A DNA stretch of 60,346 nt from a virus (IMGVR_UViG_3300045988_141393); one strand, 5' to 3'. Counted from the first letter of the stretch, positions 20,298 through 29,850 are shown. Program-made: numbers and translations. Notes: generated by a model from the letters alone, not told the origin.

Positions 20298-21521
20298 GTG
20301 ACGGGAACAGCAATGAGTCAACACACTGATACTTCTAATCTGGAAATTATCTCGACAGCAATTGAAACGCTGCGCACACAAATCGCTCTTATACAGAAAC
20401 GGAATCCGGGTGATGACCTGTCAAAGCGACTGCACGAGAGTGTCATTGCCACTACAGATAACCTGGTGGCGGAAATCAACAAGCTGCTTGATGATGGGGC
20501 AGTTGATTACAATAAGCTGGTGGATCAGTTTGAGGAATACCAACAAGCCGTTAATGATGGCTTGATCCGTTTTTCACAAGTCACAGGCGTATCAGCGACA
20601 GTTGAAAGCCTGGGTGATGCAGTTAATCAATTTGCCGCGAATATGCGTAATGAGATCGGCAATCTGGAAGCGCGTCTTGAACAGGCAAATACACTGCGTA
20701 AATCTGCCGAAGCCGATTTGAACCGTTACAAAAAAGACTATCCGCCCAGCCTGACAAAGCGGCTGGATGTTGCGGAGAAGGATAACCGCGCGCTGAAAAG
20801 AGAGCGCCGGGAACTAAAAGAGCGTTTAACCAAGCTCAATCAGCAATGCATTGATTATCAAGGCGAAGGCGTCACACTGCGTAAAAAGTTGGCTACAGCG
20901 CAGAGCATTATCGAAACATTAAAGCGAGAGTGCTCACAGCTTGGTCACGATCTGAACCGTGCTTGTGGCATGGGACAAAGACCAGAGACATTTCCACTCA
21001 TGTATGATGGAAGGGATGCCATTGCCTACATCCATGAGTATCCGCACGGCCTGGTTGCGGAAACAGGGCAGCGTGGCGAAGCACTGTTGACGGCTAATTA
21101 CCATCAACAAATCAGAACCAATCGCCTGTTAACGATGGATGTGATCCCATCGGTATGGGGAACGCCGCTTTACTATCGCCTGCCGGGCTTCGAAAAGGAC
21201 TGGAATACCGACATAGACGAATGTCTCGCAGATAAAATTATGGCGTACCTGGAGACGGATTTTCCGCGCTTATATCGCCGGATTATGGACTCTAAGGATG
21301 CGCCAATCGATGAATTAAAAATGCGTCCGGAGACGCTGGAGGCAATCAAGCAGACGGAGTTTGATACTGTATTCAGTGTGGCCTGCATTCCAAGCTGTTT
21401 CCATGAAAGCATCCCGTTCATGCAAGGAGATCGTCGTCAGGAAATCATTGACGCTTGCCGGGTATGGGCGAACGAATGGGATAAGAAGAATGGGGGTGTA
21501 GAAGATCTTTATGGGAAATAA
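20298..21521 (+). CDS. Hypothetical protein with N-terminal coiled coil
   Basis: 407 aa ORF. Confidence 0.4.
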   Translation: MTGTAMSQHTDTSNLEIISTAIETLRTQIALIQKRNPGDDLSKRLHESVIATTDNLVAEINKLLDDGAVDYNKLVDQFEEYQQAVNDGLIRFSQVTGVSATVESLGDAVNQFAANMRNEIGNLEARLEQANTLRKSAEADLNRYKKDYPPSLTKRLDVAEKDNRALKRERRELKERLTKLNQQCIDYQGEGVTLRKKLATAQSIIETLKRECSQLGHDLNRACGMGQRPETFPLMYDGRDAIAYIHEYPHGLVAETGQRGEALLTANYHQQIRTNRLLTMDVIPSVWGTPLYYRLPGFEKDWNTDIDECLADKIMAYLETDFPRLYRRIMDSKDAPIDELKMRPETLEAIKQTEFDTVFSVACIPSCFHESIPFMQGDRRQEIIDACRVWANEWDKKNGGVEDLYGK

Positions 21522-22099
21522 TGTGTTAGAAATCTAAAATCACAATTCGAATGTATTGATTGTGGAGATAACTTAACATAGAATTTTCCTTGCTGGTGGG
21601 CAGTACCCACGTTTCGCTTGCTGGGCTTGATAGTCACTTATTGGTTATTGTTCGCCCACCAGCATTTAACAAATTAAAGTGTTAGAAAAGTATGGTAATG
21701 CAAGAGCACGCTTTGGCACCGTGCAGGCCAAAGTTCAGCAGGTTTAGTGCGGAAAGTGGTTTCAGAGAGAGCACTTTGCGGAGTAAACGACAATACATGT
21801 TGAGCCACGGAAGGTCTTTTTAAGGTGTTCATTGATGATGGTCCGGCAGAGAGTAACGGTACATGCTGCATCTAATCATCAATGCACATCTTCAACATTA
21901 AGGAGGCATAGGGATTTTTGTGGCGGTTACCTTTTGCCCTGAGTCTCCTTAATGTTGCGGTAATGCACCTATGCGGATGTGGCCTTGCATTGTGTCTTGA
22001 AAGAATGGGGTAAGGCCGGGGATATCCCCAGGGGGAGGCACCCCCGCTGCAACGAACAGCCACAGACGGCAGTCGAGTGATGGAAACGTGTAAAGACTT

Positions 22100-22295
22100 T
22101 AAACCTCGTTACGGCTGGCGTGGCAAACGCGACAACCGAGACAGAGCGGTGACGGGCGGAGAGAGTGCCGCATCAAGAAAGAAGCCGACTTGTGATCCCT
22201 TTCTGCGGGCATTTGAAAGTGAATCCAGCTCAGGCAGTCGGCTTCTTTCTTGTGTGAGATGTAGCGTATTTGCCCATCTTCGGGTGGGCTTTTTT
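22100..22295 (+). ncRNA. Candidate structured small RNA ending in a Rho-independent terminator
   Basis: Perfect 17-bp inverted repeat (22174..22190 / 22236..22252) and terminator GCCCA-tcttcg-GGTGGGC-TTTTTT (22272..22295); no convincing ORF. Confidence 0.25.
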
Positions 22296-22755
22296 AGGGT
22301 TTTCGTCATGGTTAGCGACTTTGCGGCGGTTTAGAAACCGACCATTAAAGTAAATGCAAACGATGATCTGATGATGGTAGCGGCCTAAGAAGCCAGACGC
22401 CACGGGGTATGAGTCGTCCCCCGTCAAAAAATCGACCGCAGAGTGTCCCCGTCTGTGTATTAGGGAACGGGGAGGCATAACAGGCAAGGGCGCTGGTGTG
22501 ATTAACCAGATGAATGAGAAGGGTCAGGTCTTTCTGGTCAGCGCCCTTACCTGTTACGTCCCTCCCGCGTAACAGCCATTGATTAATGGCTTTCTGGGAT
22601 AACATCCTACTACGGGTATATCCCGTCATGCTGAAGGCGCTAATCACGCTGGAAGCCAGGGTTGTGCATCCCCTGTTACCGAATTGCAGCCAGGGCGCGG
22701 TGCGCCGAAAAGCATACGGAGGTGGAAGCCCTCGCCGGAGACGTACCCGGCAAGT

Positions 22756-22832
22756 GATGGTGTAGCTCAGTAGGATAGAGCAGCAGCCTTCTAAGCTGTC
22801 GGTCGGTGGTTCGAATCCACCCACCATCGCCA
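22756..22832 (+). tRNA. tRNA-Arg (anticodon UCU)
   Basis: Manual cloverleaf: acceptor GATGGTG/CACCATC, D GCTC/GAGC, anticodon loop CUUCUAA, T-loop TTCGAAT, 3' CCA encoded. Confidence 0.8.
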
Positions 22833-22837
22833 ATTTA

Positions 22838-22924
22838 GGGGAGTTAGTCCGTAGGGGTAGCGGGGTAGACTGTAAATCTACTGTCATTGCGACTCGGGTG
22901 GTTCGACTCCATCACTCCCCACCA
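22838..22924 (+). tRNA. tRNA-Tyr (anticodon GUA), long variable arm
   Basis: Acceptor GGGGAGT/ACTCCCC, anticodon stem GTAGA/TCTAC with loop CTGTAAA, T-loop TTCGACT, CCA encoded. Confidence 0.7.
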
Positions 22925-22928
22925 AATT

Positions 22929-23004
22929 GCCGGTTTAGCTCAGTTGGTAGAGCGCCTGCCTTGTAAGCAGGATGTCAGCGGTTCGAGTCCGTTAACCGGC
23001 ACCA
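22929..23004 (+). tRNA. tRNA-Thr (anticodon UGU)
   Basis: Acceptor GCCGGTT/AACCGGC, anticodon stem CCTGC/GCAGG loop CTTGTAA, T-loop TTCGAGT, CCA encoded. Confidence 0.8.
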
Positions 23005-23406
23005 ACACAACAGGTAAGGGCATTCTCCCTTATGGGGCTTGGCTTAAATGCATCGAGTGCTCTTACCGTTGTGATGAAGTGCAGCTCTTTGAAGCAACCA
23101 GAAGATAAGCATCTGGCTTCACAACATAAACCGCAGGAACGACCAATAAACGGTAGTCCGTATGGAGAACACCCCGTTGAGGAAGAGGCCTGGCCGGAAC
23201 CGTAACCGGCACCACAACGTTGAGAACACTGGCGTAACGGGGTCATATCCCAATCTATGAATAAATGTTGCGTTGCAGCGTGACAACCAGTGTTCTCAAC
23301 ATTGTGGTGAATGCACAGGCTGATGTGCCGCAACTACAGTAGTGCGCGCTTTGCGGGGCTTGCTACAACCCTGTGTCGGAGTTCAGCACCGACCATCACA
23401 ATCACT

Positions 23407-23493
23407 GGAGAGTAGGGAGCATGGTGCTCAAGCGGTCTTGAAAACCGTCCCATTGCGCAAGCGATGATGGTTCGATTCCATTACTCTCCGCCA
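23407..23493 (+). tRNA. tRNA-Ser (anticodon UGA) candidate, class II
   Basis: Acceptor GGAGAGT/ACTCTCC, anticodon stem GCGGT/ACCGT loop CTTGAAA, 17-nt variable arm, T-loop TTCGATT, CCA encoded; short D-loop makes it less certain. Confidence 0.55.
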
Positions 23494-23756
23494 GTGCAAC
23501 GTTAAGAGTATTTGGCTAATTAAGCGAATGCCGGAAGCAGAACCGGATCACCAAATGCGTACAGGCGTCATCGCCGCCCAGCCAGCCAAGTGCTCTTACC
23601 ATTGCGGTGAATGCGGCTAAGCGCACGCGGAACAGTTAAAACAATCCTCCTTAGTGGTTAAGTCAAACATCCCGGCGTTAATTGTTAACTGGTTAACGTC
23701 ACCTGGAGGCACCAGGCACCGCAGCTTTTTTATTCGGTAAATAATGGAGTGAGAGG

Positions 23757-23993
23757 ATGCAGAACAATCCGAACAAATGTCGAACGCTATGGGTGCGGTT
23801 ATATATTTATGTCGTCCTCTGTTTGATTGTGTCACTGGTTCTGTATGTTTGGCTTTTGCCAAATATGATCTCATCTGACAGCACAATACTTGTATTGTTG
23901 GGAGTCCTTCTCGCGCTCATTTACCCGGCTTTTGCAGTAGTCTTTTTTCGTGAAAAAACCAGGAAATTGATTAATGAAAAAAACGTTGATTAG
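23757..23993 (+). CDS. Small membrane protein
   Basis: 78 aa with two hydrophobic helices; overlaps start of downstream SPFH gene. Confidence 0.3.
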   Translation: MQNNPNKCRTLWVRLYIYVVLCLIVSLVLYVWLLPNMISSDSTILVLLGVLLALIYPAFAVVFFREKTRKLINEKNVD

Positions 23994-24801
23994 TGCAGCG
24001 ATTATTTTTGGTTCTTTATGTCTGACCGGATGCGATCGGGTAGAGCCAGGTAACGTAGGGATCAAAGTAAATAAGCTGGGGGATGATAAAGGTATCGGTG
24101 AAGTAGTTGGCGTTGGTCGCTACTGGACAGGCTTGAATACTGAAGTTTATATCTTCCCGACCTTTAAGCAAATGAAGACATACGATGAGCCGTTCAGCTT
24201 CCAGATGAGCGACGGAACAACCATTGGTTACCACATCGGCGTAGCCTACAAGGTTGATCCAGCAAAAGTCACAACGGTATTTCAGACCTATCGCAAAGGT
24301 GTAGATGATATTACTGATACCGATCTACGCCAGAAGGTTGCAGATGCTCTGAACCGGTTAGCCAGCAAAATGACCACCGACAAATTTATCGACGGTGGCA
24401 AATCTGAATTGCTTGATGCAGCCCTTAAAGACATTCAGGAAGAAATGACGCCCATCGGTATTCAGGTAATGAGCCTCTCATATGTGGGCAAGCCGGAGTA
24501 CCCGCCAACCGTTATCGACAGCATTAATGCCAAAGTCACGGCGAACCAGAAAACTCTGCAACGCGAGCAGGAAGTCAAGCAACGCGAAGCAGAAGCCAAC
24601 ATGCTGCGCGCAGAAGCTGCTGGACAGGCCGATGCCATTCGCACAAAAGCCCAAGCTGAAGCTGATGCCATTCGTTTACGCGGTGAGGCTCTGCGCCAGA
24701 ACCCCGGCGTTATGGAGTTGGAAGCGATCAACAAATGGAACGGAACGCTACCGCAGTATATGACCAGTAATACCGCTGTTCCGTTTGTTCCGGTGAAATA
24801 A
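23974..24801 (+). CDS. SPFH/band-7 domain lipoprotein
   Basis: 275 aa; signal peptide with lipobox LCLTGC; coiled-coil A/E/Q-rich C-terminus typical of prohibitin/HflC-like proteins. Confidence 0.5.
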   Translation: MKKTLISAAIIFGSLCLTGCDRVEPGNVGIKVNKLGDDKGIGEVVGVGRYWTGLNTEVYIFPTFKQMKTYDEPFSFQMSDGTTIGYHIGVAYKVDPAKVTTVFQTYRKGVDDITDTDLRQKVADALNRLASKMTTDKFIDGGKSELLDAALKDIQEEMTPIGIQVMSLSYVGKPEYPPTVIDSINAKVTANQKTLQREQEVKQREAEANMLRAEAAGQADAIRTKAQAEADAIRLRGEALRQNPGVMELEAINKWNGTLPQYMTSNTAVPFVPVK

Positions 24802-24955
24802 CCAAATAGATAACATGATGGAATTTTGGACGTTTGCCGACAAGAACCCTTGGTGGACATTTTTATTTCTGCTGGTGGTTGCATATGGGGTCGAGCAAGC
24901 AGCAAAAGCCTTACGCGGTCCTGGCAAAAAGCGTAAGCGGAATTAACAGTAATCT

Positions 24956-25031
24956 GGCCCTTTAGCTCAGTGGTTAGAGCTGGCGACTCATAATCGCACG
25001 GTCACCGGTTCAAGTCCGGTAGGGGCCACCA
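24956..25031 (+). tRNA. tRNA with CAU anticodon (Ile2 lysidine-type or elongator Met)
   Basis: Acceptor GGCCCTT/AGGGGCC, anticodon loop CTCATAA, T-loop TTCAAGT, CCA encoded; resembles enterobacterial ileX-type tRNA. Confidence 0.7.
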
Positions 25032-25485
25032 TATTTGGTTGTAACACGGCGTCTGGCACATGCGTCGTTAGCGGTCTGGTGACGTTAAAGGGGTATCTTT
25101 GACTCTTGCTCAGGCAAACGGACCAGGTAGCCGGAATGTGCAAGCCCCGATAACAGTGGCGGACCGAGGACTCACCATCCTGGCGATTCGGTGTGACAGC
25201 CGGAAGAGCACGGCGCACAACAGGAAAAGGCGTTAAATTAGCGTGAGCGCCGTTTCCGTTGTGGAAATTGCGGCTATGCGCTCGTGACGAAGCCATTTTT
25301 ATTCACTACGTTCTGATAAGTGACGTCGCCAGGAGTGGCTAACCTGGCAGGTGGAGGCACCACCGCCACAACTCCTTTCAATTCATCATATAGCCGCTCA
25401 GGCTGTACCCCTTAATTAATACGAATTTACGACATCACTACCGGCACTTCCGGGGGATAGTCGCGCGTGTAAAAAAGGAGACGTT

Positions 25486-26061
25486 ATGTTAATGGCGAAC
25501 GATAACGCATATGCAGAAGAAGATCTCATTTTGAGTGACTTCATAGGGAAGCGGGAACGCTGGACCCAAAAGCGAGAGGAACTTTACGCCTCATTAGTTC
25601 GCAAAGGCGTCAATATCGAAACCGCACAGAGCGGCGATATGACAGTGGTAAGCGTTGGATTGCACGGTGTAAGCGTGTCAGCAATCAATCATGAGCCATA
25701 CGTTGCGTTATCCGAGTCAATGGTAAGGTTAGTTAAGTTCCTGAAGTACACAGAAGCGAATAATGTAATCATTGGCAAAAAGAATATCCCTTTTTCCTCG
25801 GCTTTTTACTGGATGATGAAAGGGCTTGATGCCCGGCGGACATCATGGCCTAAAGGGAGCTATATATCGATGTTCCGTGGCAGCATTGGCAGCAAAGAAA
25901 AGCTCTTCGAATTCTTGCCGGAAGAGGCATTCGATATTGTGGAAGGGTGCGATGTGATGGTGATGCCTCGCCTGGTAATGATGAATGGGGATTTACAGGC
26001 GCAGACAGACTGGTTTGCAACTGGTGTGGATATTATCGCGACTGACTGGGAGGCTTTCTGA
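25486..26061 (+). CDS. Protein with C-terminal DUF2829-like domain
   Basis: 191 aa; DARRTSW ... DIIATDWEAF. Confidence 0.4.
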   Translation: MLMANDNAYAEEDLILSDFIGKRERWTQKREELYASLVRKGVNIETAQSGDMTVVSVGLHGVSVSAINHEPYVALSESMVRLVKFLKYTEANNVIIGKKNIPFSSAFYWMMKGLDARRTSWPKGSYISMFRGSIGSKEKLFEFLPEEAFDIVEGCDVMVMPRLVMMNGDLQAQTDWFATGVDIIATDWEAF

Positions 26062-26453
26062 TGTACGGGACTACCAAATTAAGCACTCAACAGGCCACCA
26101 ATATGGAGTGGTCTATCGCTAACTGTAAGATCGTGTCATGCAATGCCACGCGTACTGATGTGGGCCATAAAAGCACTATAACAGGCTATCTAGTAATGAC
26201 CACCAGGGGGATGAGGGTTAGATTTCGCTGGAAAGCAGAGCAAGTAACGCCATTCAGAGAGCCATCAATGCCGCTGCAGGTTGAGCAGGATTATCTATGT
26301 TTACCAGAAATAGATGGAGGAATGCTGGTGGAGTCTGATGGTAGTAAGGCTGATTTTGAAGCCAATTTGAAGCTGGCACAGGCCGTAATCAATAGTTATC
26401 GCGGAAAGTGGATCGCAAAAGTGAAACATGTTGTTCGTTTGTCTCGCTGGTAG
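26061..26453 (+). CDS. Hypothetical protein
   Basis: 130 aa, ATGA overlap with upstream gene. Confidence 0.35.
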   Translation: MYGTTKLSTQQATNMEWSIANCKIVSCNATRTDVGHKSTITGYLVMTTRGMRVRFRWKAEQVTPFREPSMPLQVEQDYLCLPEIDGGMLVESDGSKADFEANLKLAQAVINSYRGKWIAKVKHVVRLSRW

Positions 26454-26561
26454 CGTTAGGTATTTAATATTAATTATCTAATATAATCATCTTTTTACCA
26501 GTCTATACAGTTTTAACATTCTCATTATCATCCCCTCGGTCATTTCCTGCCCGGGGGATTA

Positions 26562-26954
26562 ATGGAACAAATCAGCAGCGCAGAAATTGCGGATATCATG
26601 ATCAGGGCTGACTGCTATCTGACAGTCACTGAAATTACCACTCTCGCCAAAGAAAAATACCCTCATCTCCATGTTTCACGAGTAAGTGTAACTAACATCA
26701 TTCGTCATTTTGTTCGTTCAAGCAGGGCAATCTGTGAGCTGGATGATCGTGTGTATCCACGAAAATACTGGCTACATGGTCTGAACGGATATCAGTTCAA
26801 GGTGCGCGGGCGCACGCCTGAATACGGTAGCTTACTGGTTAAAAACTGTAGCAGGAAATCAGTCGAACAGGCGCGAAAAGAGCAACGAGAGCTGGTGGAC
26901 ATGGCGAATAAGCTGTGGAATGCCGCCGTTAAAAAGCGTGGTGTTGCTTTATGA
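26562..26954 (+). CDS. Hypothetical protein (Lpa-like position upstream of terminase genes)
   Basis: 130 aa; position equivalent to the P1 late activator gene; synteny only. Confidence 0.3.
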   Translation: MEQISSAEIADIMIRADCYLTVTEITTLAKEKYPHLHVSRVSVTNIIRHFVRSSRAICELDDRVYPRKYWLHGLNGYQFKVRGRTPEYGSLLVKNCSRKSVEQARKEQRELVDMANKLWNAAVKKRGVAL

Positions 26955-28315
26955 GTCTGGTTAATTGGGAGGAGCACCGCGCCCGCTTTATAGCGTTGCG
27001 TGAAGAAAAAGGGATCACTGTAAAGGAATACTGTGAGGAGCATGGCCTTAGCTTCAATACAGCCAGAAAGCATCTCAATATGAAAAAAAATGAGGTGCGG
27101 TCGCAGGTAAAGACAACAAAAAAAAGCACCAAATCACCTGAAAAAAAACGGGCGGGAAGAGCAACAAAAAAGCTGGAAGAGGGTGCAGAAAAAACAAAAT
27201 TTACAGAAATTGACAATTCGCAGGGCGCAGGTTCTTTCCGAAGTATGCCGAGAAAGAAAACTTCGGATCATGAAAATAATGCAAATAATAACAATGAGAT
27301 AAAAGAATCTGTCAGGAGATCATTGCGCGAAAAAATGGCGAAAATGATCCCCGAAGAAGATAAAAGCGCCCCAAAAATTGAGGGATCTTCAGCAATGATC
27401 CCTGGCGGTGCTGTGCAACGTGCCACATTGCCCACTACGAATGTGGCTCGCGACATGATGAAGAACGGCGCAGAAGAACACCTGCGGTTAGCAATTCAAA
27501 TGGCGCAAGAGCGCGCACTTCAGTATCAAAGCATTGTTGATCAGGAGGCCGAACGTCTACAGGCGGAAATAGACGCCTTGGGCGATAAAGAGCCAGAAGG
27601 AATGCACCCTGGGCAGCGCCTTCTCGGTCTAATCAGTGACGCGGCCTACTACATGAATGATTTTATCAGTAGGTTGGCAGCTATATATCAGTCCGAACAA
27701 AAGCTGCGACAGGGGGATGAAAAGCTTCGTCAGAGCGCTCGCCAGCAAGCATTCAAAGAGGCTGAGGCCAGAGAAAAACTCGAATTAGCACGCCTACAGG
27801 CCGAACAGCGTGGCAAAGAGATTGAATATCGCATTGGCGCTGACGCACGCGCTGCCAGAGTTATCGCCGCCGCTATACGTATGCGTGAGCGCGAGGAACT
27901 GGATGATATCGGTGTTGCTGAATACATCGAGCGCCAGGGGGTCAGCGTCCCGGCTATCCTCGCGGCGCGCGCGGCGAAAGCTATCACTCTTCTCGAACCA
28001 CCTGTTTCTGACGTCAATGATGTTGATGATGAACAGCTGGACAAAGAGGCAAGGGAGTTTGCAACGCTTCAGGCTAACCATCCGCAATGGCTGGCAGAGC
28101 GCCGGGCGGATGTGGCAACCATTGTTGAAGAATTGGGGTGCGGAGATTACGACCGCAATGGCGAGCGTAAAGCTGGAGAATTCGAGGCCAACGACGAAGA
28201 GCTGGATATTGACCCTTCGGCAACGGCTGAAATTTACGGTGATTATGATGCATCTGATGCAGGGTATGACGCCGGAGATGATGATATCGCGATAGAACCG
28301 CCGGAGGATGATTAA
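26951..28315 (+). CDS. Terminase small subunit-like protein (PacA-like)
   Basis: 454 aa; N-terminal HTH-like region, very acidic C-terminus, immediately upstream of ATPase-bearing terminase; contains GATC cluster. Confidence 0.4.
   Translation: MSLVNWEEHRARFIALREEKGITVKEYCEEHGLSFNTARKHLNMKKNEVRSQVKTTKKSTKSPEKKRAGRATKKLEEGAEKTKFTEIDNSQGAGSFRSMPRKKTSDHENNANNNNEIKESVRRSLREKMAKMIPEEDKSAPKIEGSSAMIPGGAVQRATLPTTNVARDMMKNGAEEHLRLAIQMAQERALQYQSIVDQEAERLQAEIDALGDKEPEGMHPGQRLLGLISDAAYYMNDFISRLAAIYQSEQKLRQGDEKLRQSARQQAFKEAEAREKLELARLQAEQRGKEIEYRIGADARAARVIAAAIRMREREELDDIGVAEYIERQGVSVPAILAARAAKAITLLEPPVSDVNDVDDEQLDKEAREFATLQANHPQWLAERRADVATIVEELGCGDYDRNGERKAGEFEANDEELDIDPSATAEIYGDYDASDAGYDAGDDDIAIEPPEDD
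27266..27544. repeat. GATC-rich cluster, candidate pac site
   Basis: Six GATC in about 280 bp (27266, 27318, 27346, 27384, 27397, 27539), several as TGATCC/TGATCA, inside the PacA-like gene. Confidence 0.35.
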
Positions 28316-29823
28316 TGGCTGGCGGGCGCAAGATTAAATGCGTCACCAGCGATCCACGCTGGCGCGATATGGTAATCAAATACCGCTACAACTTTACCCA
28401 GGCTGTTGTCGATATTTTTGGGATGTTCCCCTCCCACCAGCAGCAGCAGATCATTCAGTCAGTGCAGGAAACGGGGAGTAGGACGACCGTCACGTCCGGA
28501 CACGGAACGGGGAAGTCGTCCCTTACCGCGATGTTGCTGTTGATTTTTATGATCCTGTTCCCCGATGCCCGTGTCATCATTGTTGCTAACAAGATAGGCC
28601 AGGTAAAAACAGGCGTATTCAAATACGTTAAACAGTATTGGGCGAATGCAGTTAAGCGTCATGGGTGGTTGCAGACCTATTTTGTCCTCTCTGACACCAT
28701 GTTTTATGAGCGCTCCCGTAAGGGGATTTGGGAAGTTCTCTGCAAAGGTTATCGACTCGGCAACGAAGAAGCGCTGGCGGGGGAACACGCGGCACATTTG
28801 CTTCTAATTCTGGACGAAGCATCTGGTATATCTGATAAGGCGATCGGCGTAATGACCGGTGCTCTTACTGAAGAAGATAACCGGATGTTGATGCTATCCC
28901 AGCCAACAAGGCCAAGTGGTTATTTCTACGATTCGCACCATTCTCAAGCAAAAACCCCAGACAACCCGAAAGGGATCTGGACAGCAATTGTTCTTAACTC
29001 GGAAGAATCACCGTTCGTCACACCACAATTCATCAAGCAGAAGCTTCTGGAATATGGCGGGCGCGATTCTATTGAGTACATGGTCAAGGTGCTTGGTCAG
29101 TTCCCACGAGAAATTAACGGCTATTTGCTTGGTCGTGATGAATGCGATCGCGCTGCTCGCCGCAAGGTGTTGTTGGAGAAAAACTGGGGATGGGTGGCAA
29201 CGGCTGACGTTGGTAATGGGCGAGATAAGTCGGTCCTCAACATCTGCAAAGTATCTGGTCACAGGGATAAGCGGCGCGTTGTTAACTTTAAGGTAATGGA
29301 GATGCCTGGCACTATGGACCCATTGGCCTTTGCTGACTTCATATATAACGAATGTACGCCGGAAAAATACCCGAATATAACAATCGCGGTTGATGCTGAT
29401 GGTTTTGGTTCTGATACGTGTGCGCAGTTGGTGCGTCGTGGTGCGAACCCGGTACGTATTCGGTGGGGAAAACCCATGTTTGCGAACAAAGACAGGGAGC
29501 GATTTGTTAATCAGCGTGCCTACGCAAATATTATGGCGCGAGATGCCATAAAGTCAGGGCGTATGCGGATAGACAGTGACCCTAAAACGGCAGAGCAAGC
29601 GTCAAAAATCCCCTTTTTACTGAATGAAGAAGGGAAAATGGCGATGATGCGCAAAGAGCACATGCGGCAAAAGCTAAACATCAAATCGCCTGACCGATGG
29701 GATACCTACTGCTTCACTATGCTGGTGGACTATGTGCCTGCTAATGAAGATATTGGTGCCGAAATGGCAACTTTCCGAGATCAGGTTCTGGCGGATATCG
29801 AAATGCCGGATCTGGATATATAA
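28315..29823 (+). CDS. Terminase large subunit (PacB-like ATPase-nuclease)
   Basis: 502 aa; Walker A SGHGTGKSS, Walker B HLLLILDEASG, C-terminal acidic AVDADG nuclease-like motif. Confidence 0.55.
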   Translation: MAGGRKIKCVTSDPRWRDMVIKYRYNFTQAVVDIFGMFPSHQQQQIIQSVQETGSRTTVTSGHGTGKSSLTAMLLLIFMILFPDARVIIVANKIGQVKTGVFKYVKQYWANAVKRHGWLQTYFVLSDTMFYERSRKGIWEVLCKGYRLGNEEALAGEHAAHLLLILDEASGISDKAIGVMTGALTEEDNRMLMLSQPTRPSGYFYDSHHSQAKTPDNPKGIWTAIVLNSEESPFVTPQFIKQKLLEYGGRDSIEYMVKVLGQFPREINGYLLGRDECDRAARRKVLLEKNWGWVATADVGNGRDKSVLNICKVSGHRDKRRVVNFKVMEMPGTMDPLAFADFIYNECTPEKYPNITIAVDADGFGSDTCAQLVRRGANPVRIRWGKPMFANKDRERFVNQRAYANIMARDAIKSGRMRIDSDPKTAEQASKIPFLLNEEGKMAMMRKEHMRQKLNIKSPDRWDTYCFTMLVDYVPANEDIGAEMATFRDQVLADIEMPDLDI

Positions 29824-29824
29824 A

Positions 29825-29841
29825 GCCCCGCGATGCGGGGC
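29825..29841. terminator. Hairpin between convergent genes
   Basis: GCCCCGC-gat-GCGGGGC. Confidence 0.35.
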
Positions 29842-29850
29842 CGGTTGTGA

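Noticed and set aside
22345-22887. 180-aa minus-strand ORF across the tRNA-Arg/Tyr genes, and other ORFs at 21674..22487
   Set aside because: Region folds into tRNAs and strong hairpins; the ORFs overlap RNA genes and have unlikely composition
23190-23215. Possible additional tRNA gene
   Set aside because: Only a 3' acceptor/T-arm-like fragment (CGTAACCGGCACCA) is present, with no complete cloverleaf; treated as remnant or part of a hairpin
23056-23618. CRISPR array
   Set aside because: Repeats are few, imperfect, irregularly spaced and interleaved with tRNA genes; no cas genes in the window
24462-24905. 147-aa minus-strand ORF overlapping the SPFH lipoprotein gene
   Set aside because: Antisense to a gene with signal peptide, lipobox and coherent domain pattern
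22756-25031. tRNA genes as chromosomal attachment sites marking the element boundary
   Set aside because: The tRNAs are clustered and flanked on both sides by element genes with the same operator-like motif; they look element-borne rather than host att targets, though this cannot be settled without flanking host sequence
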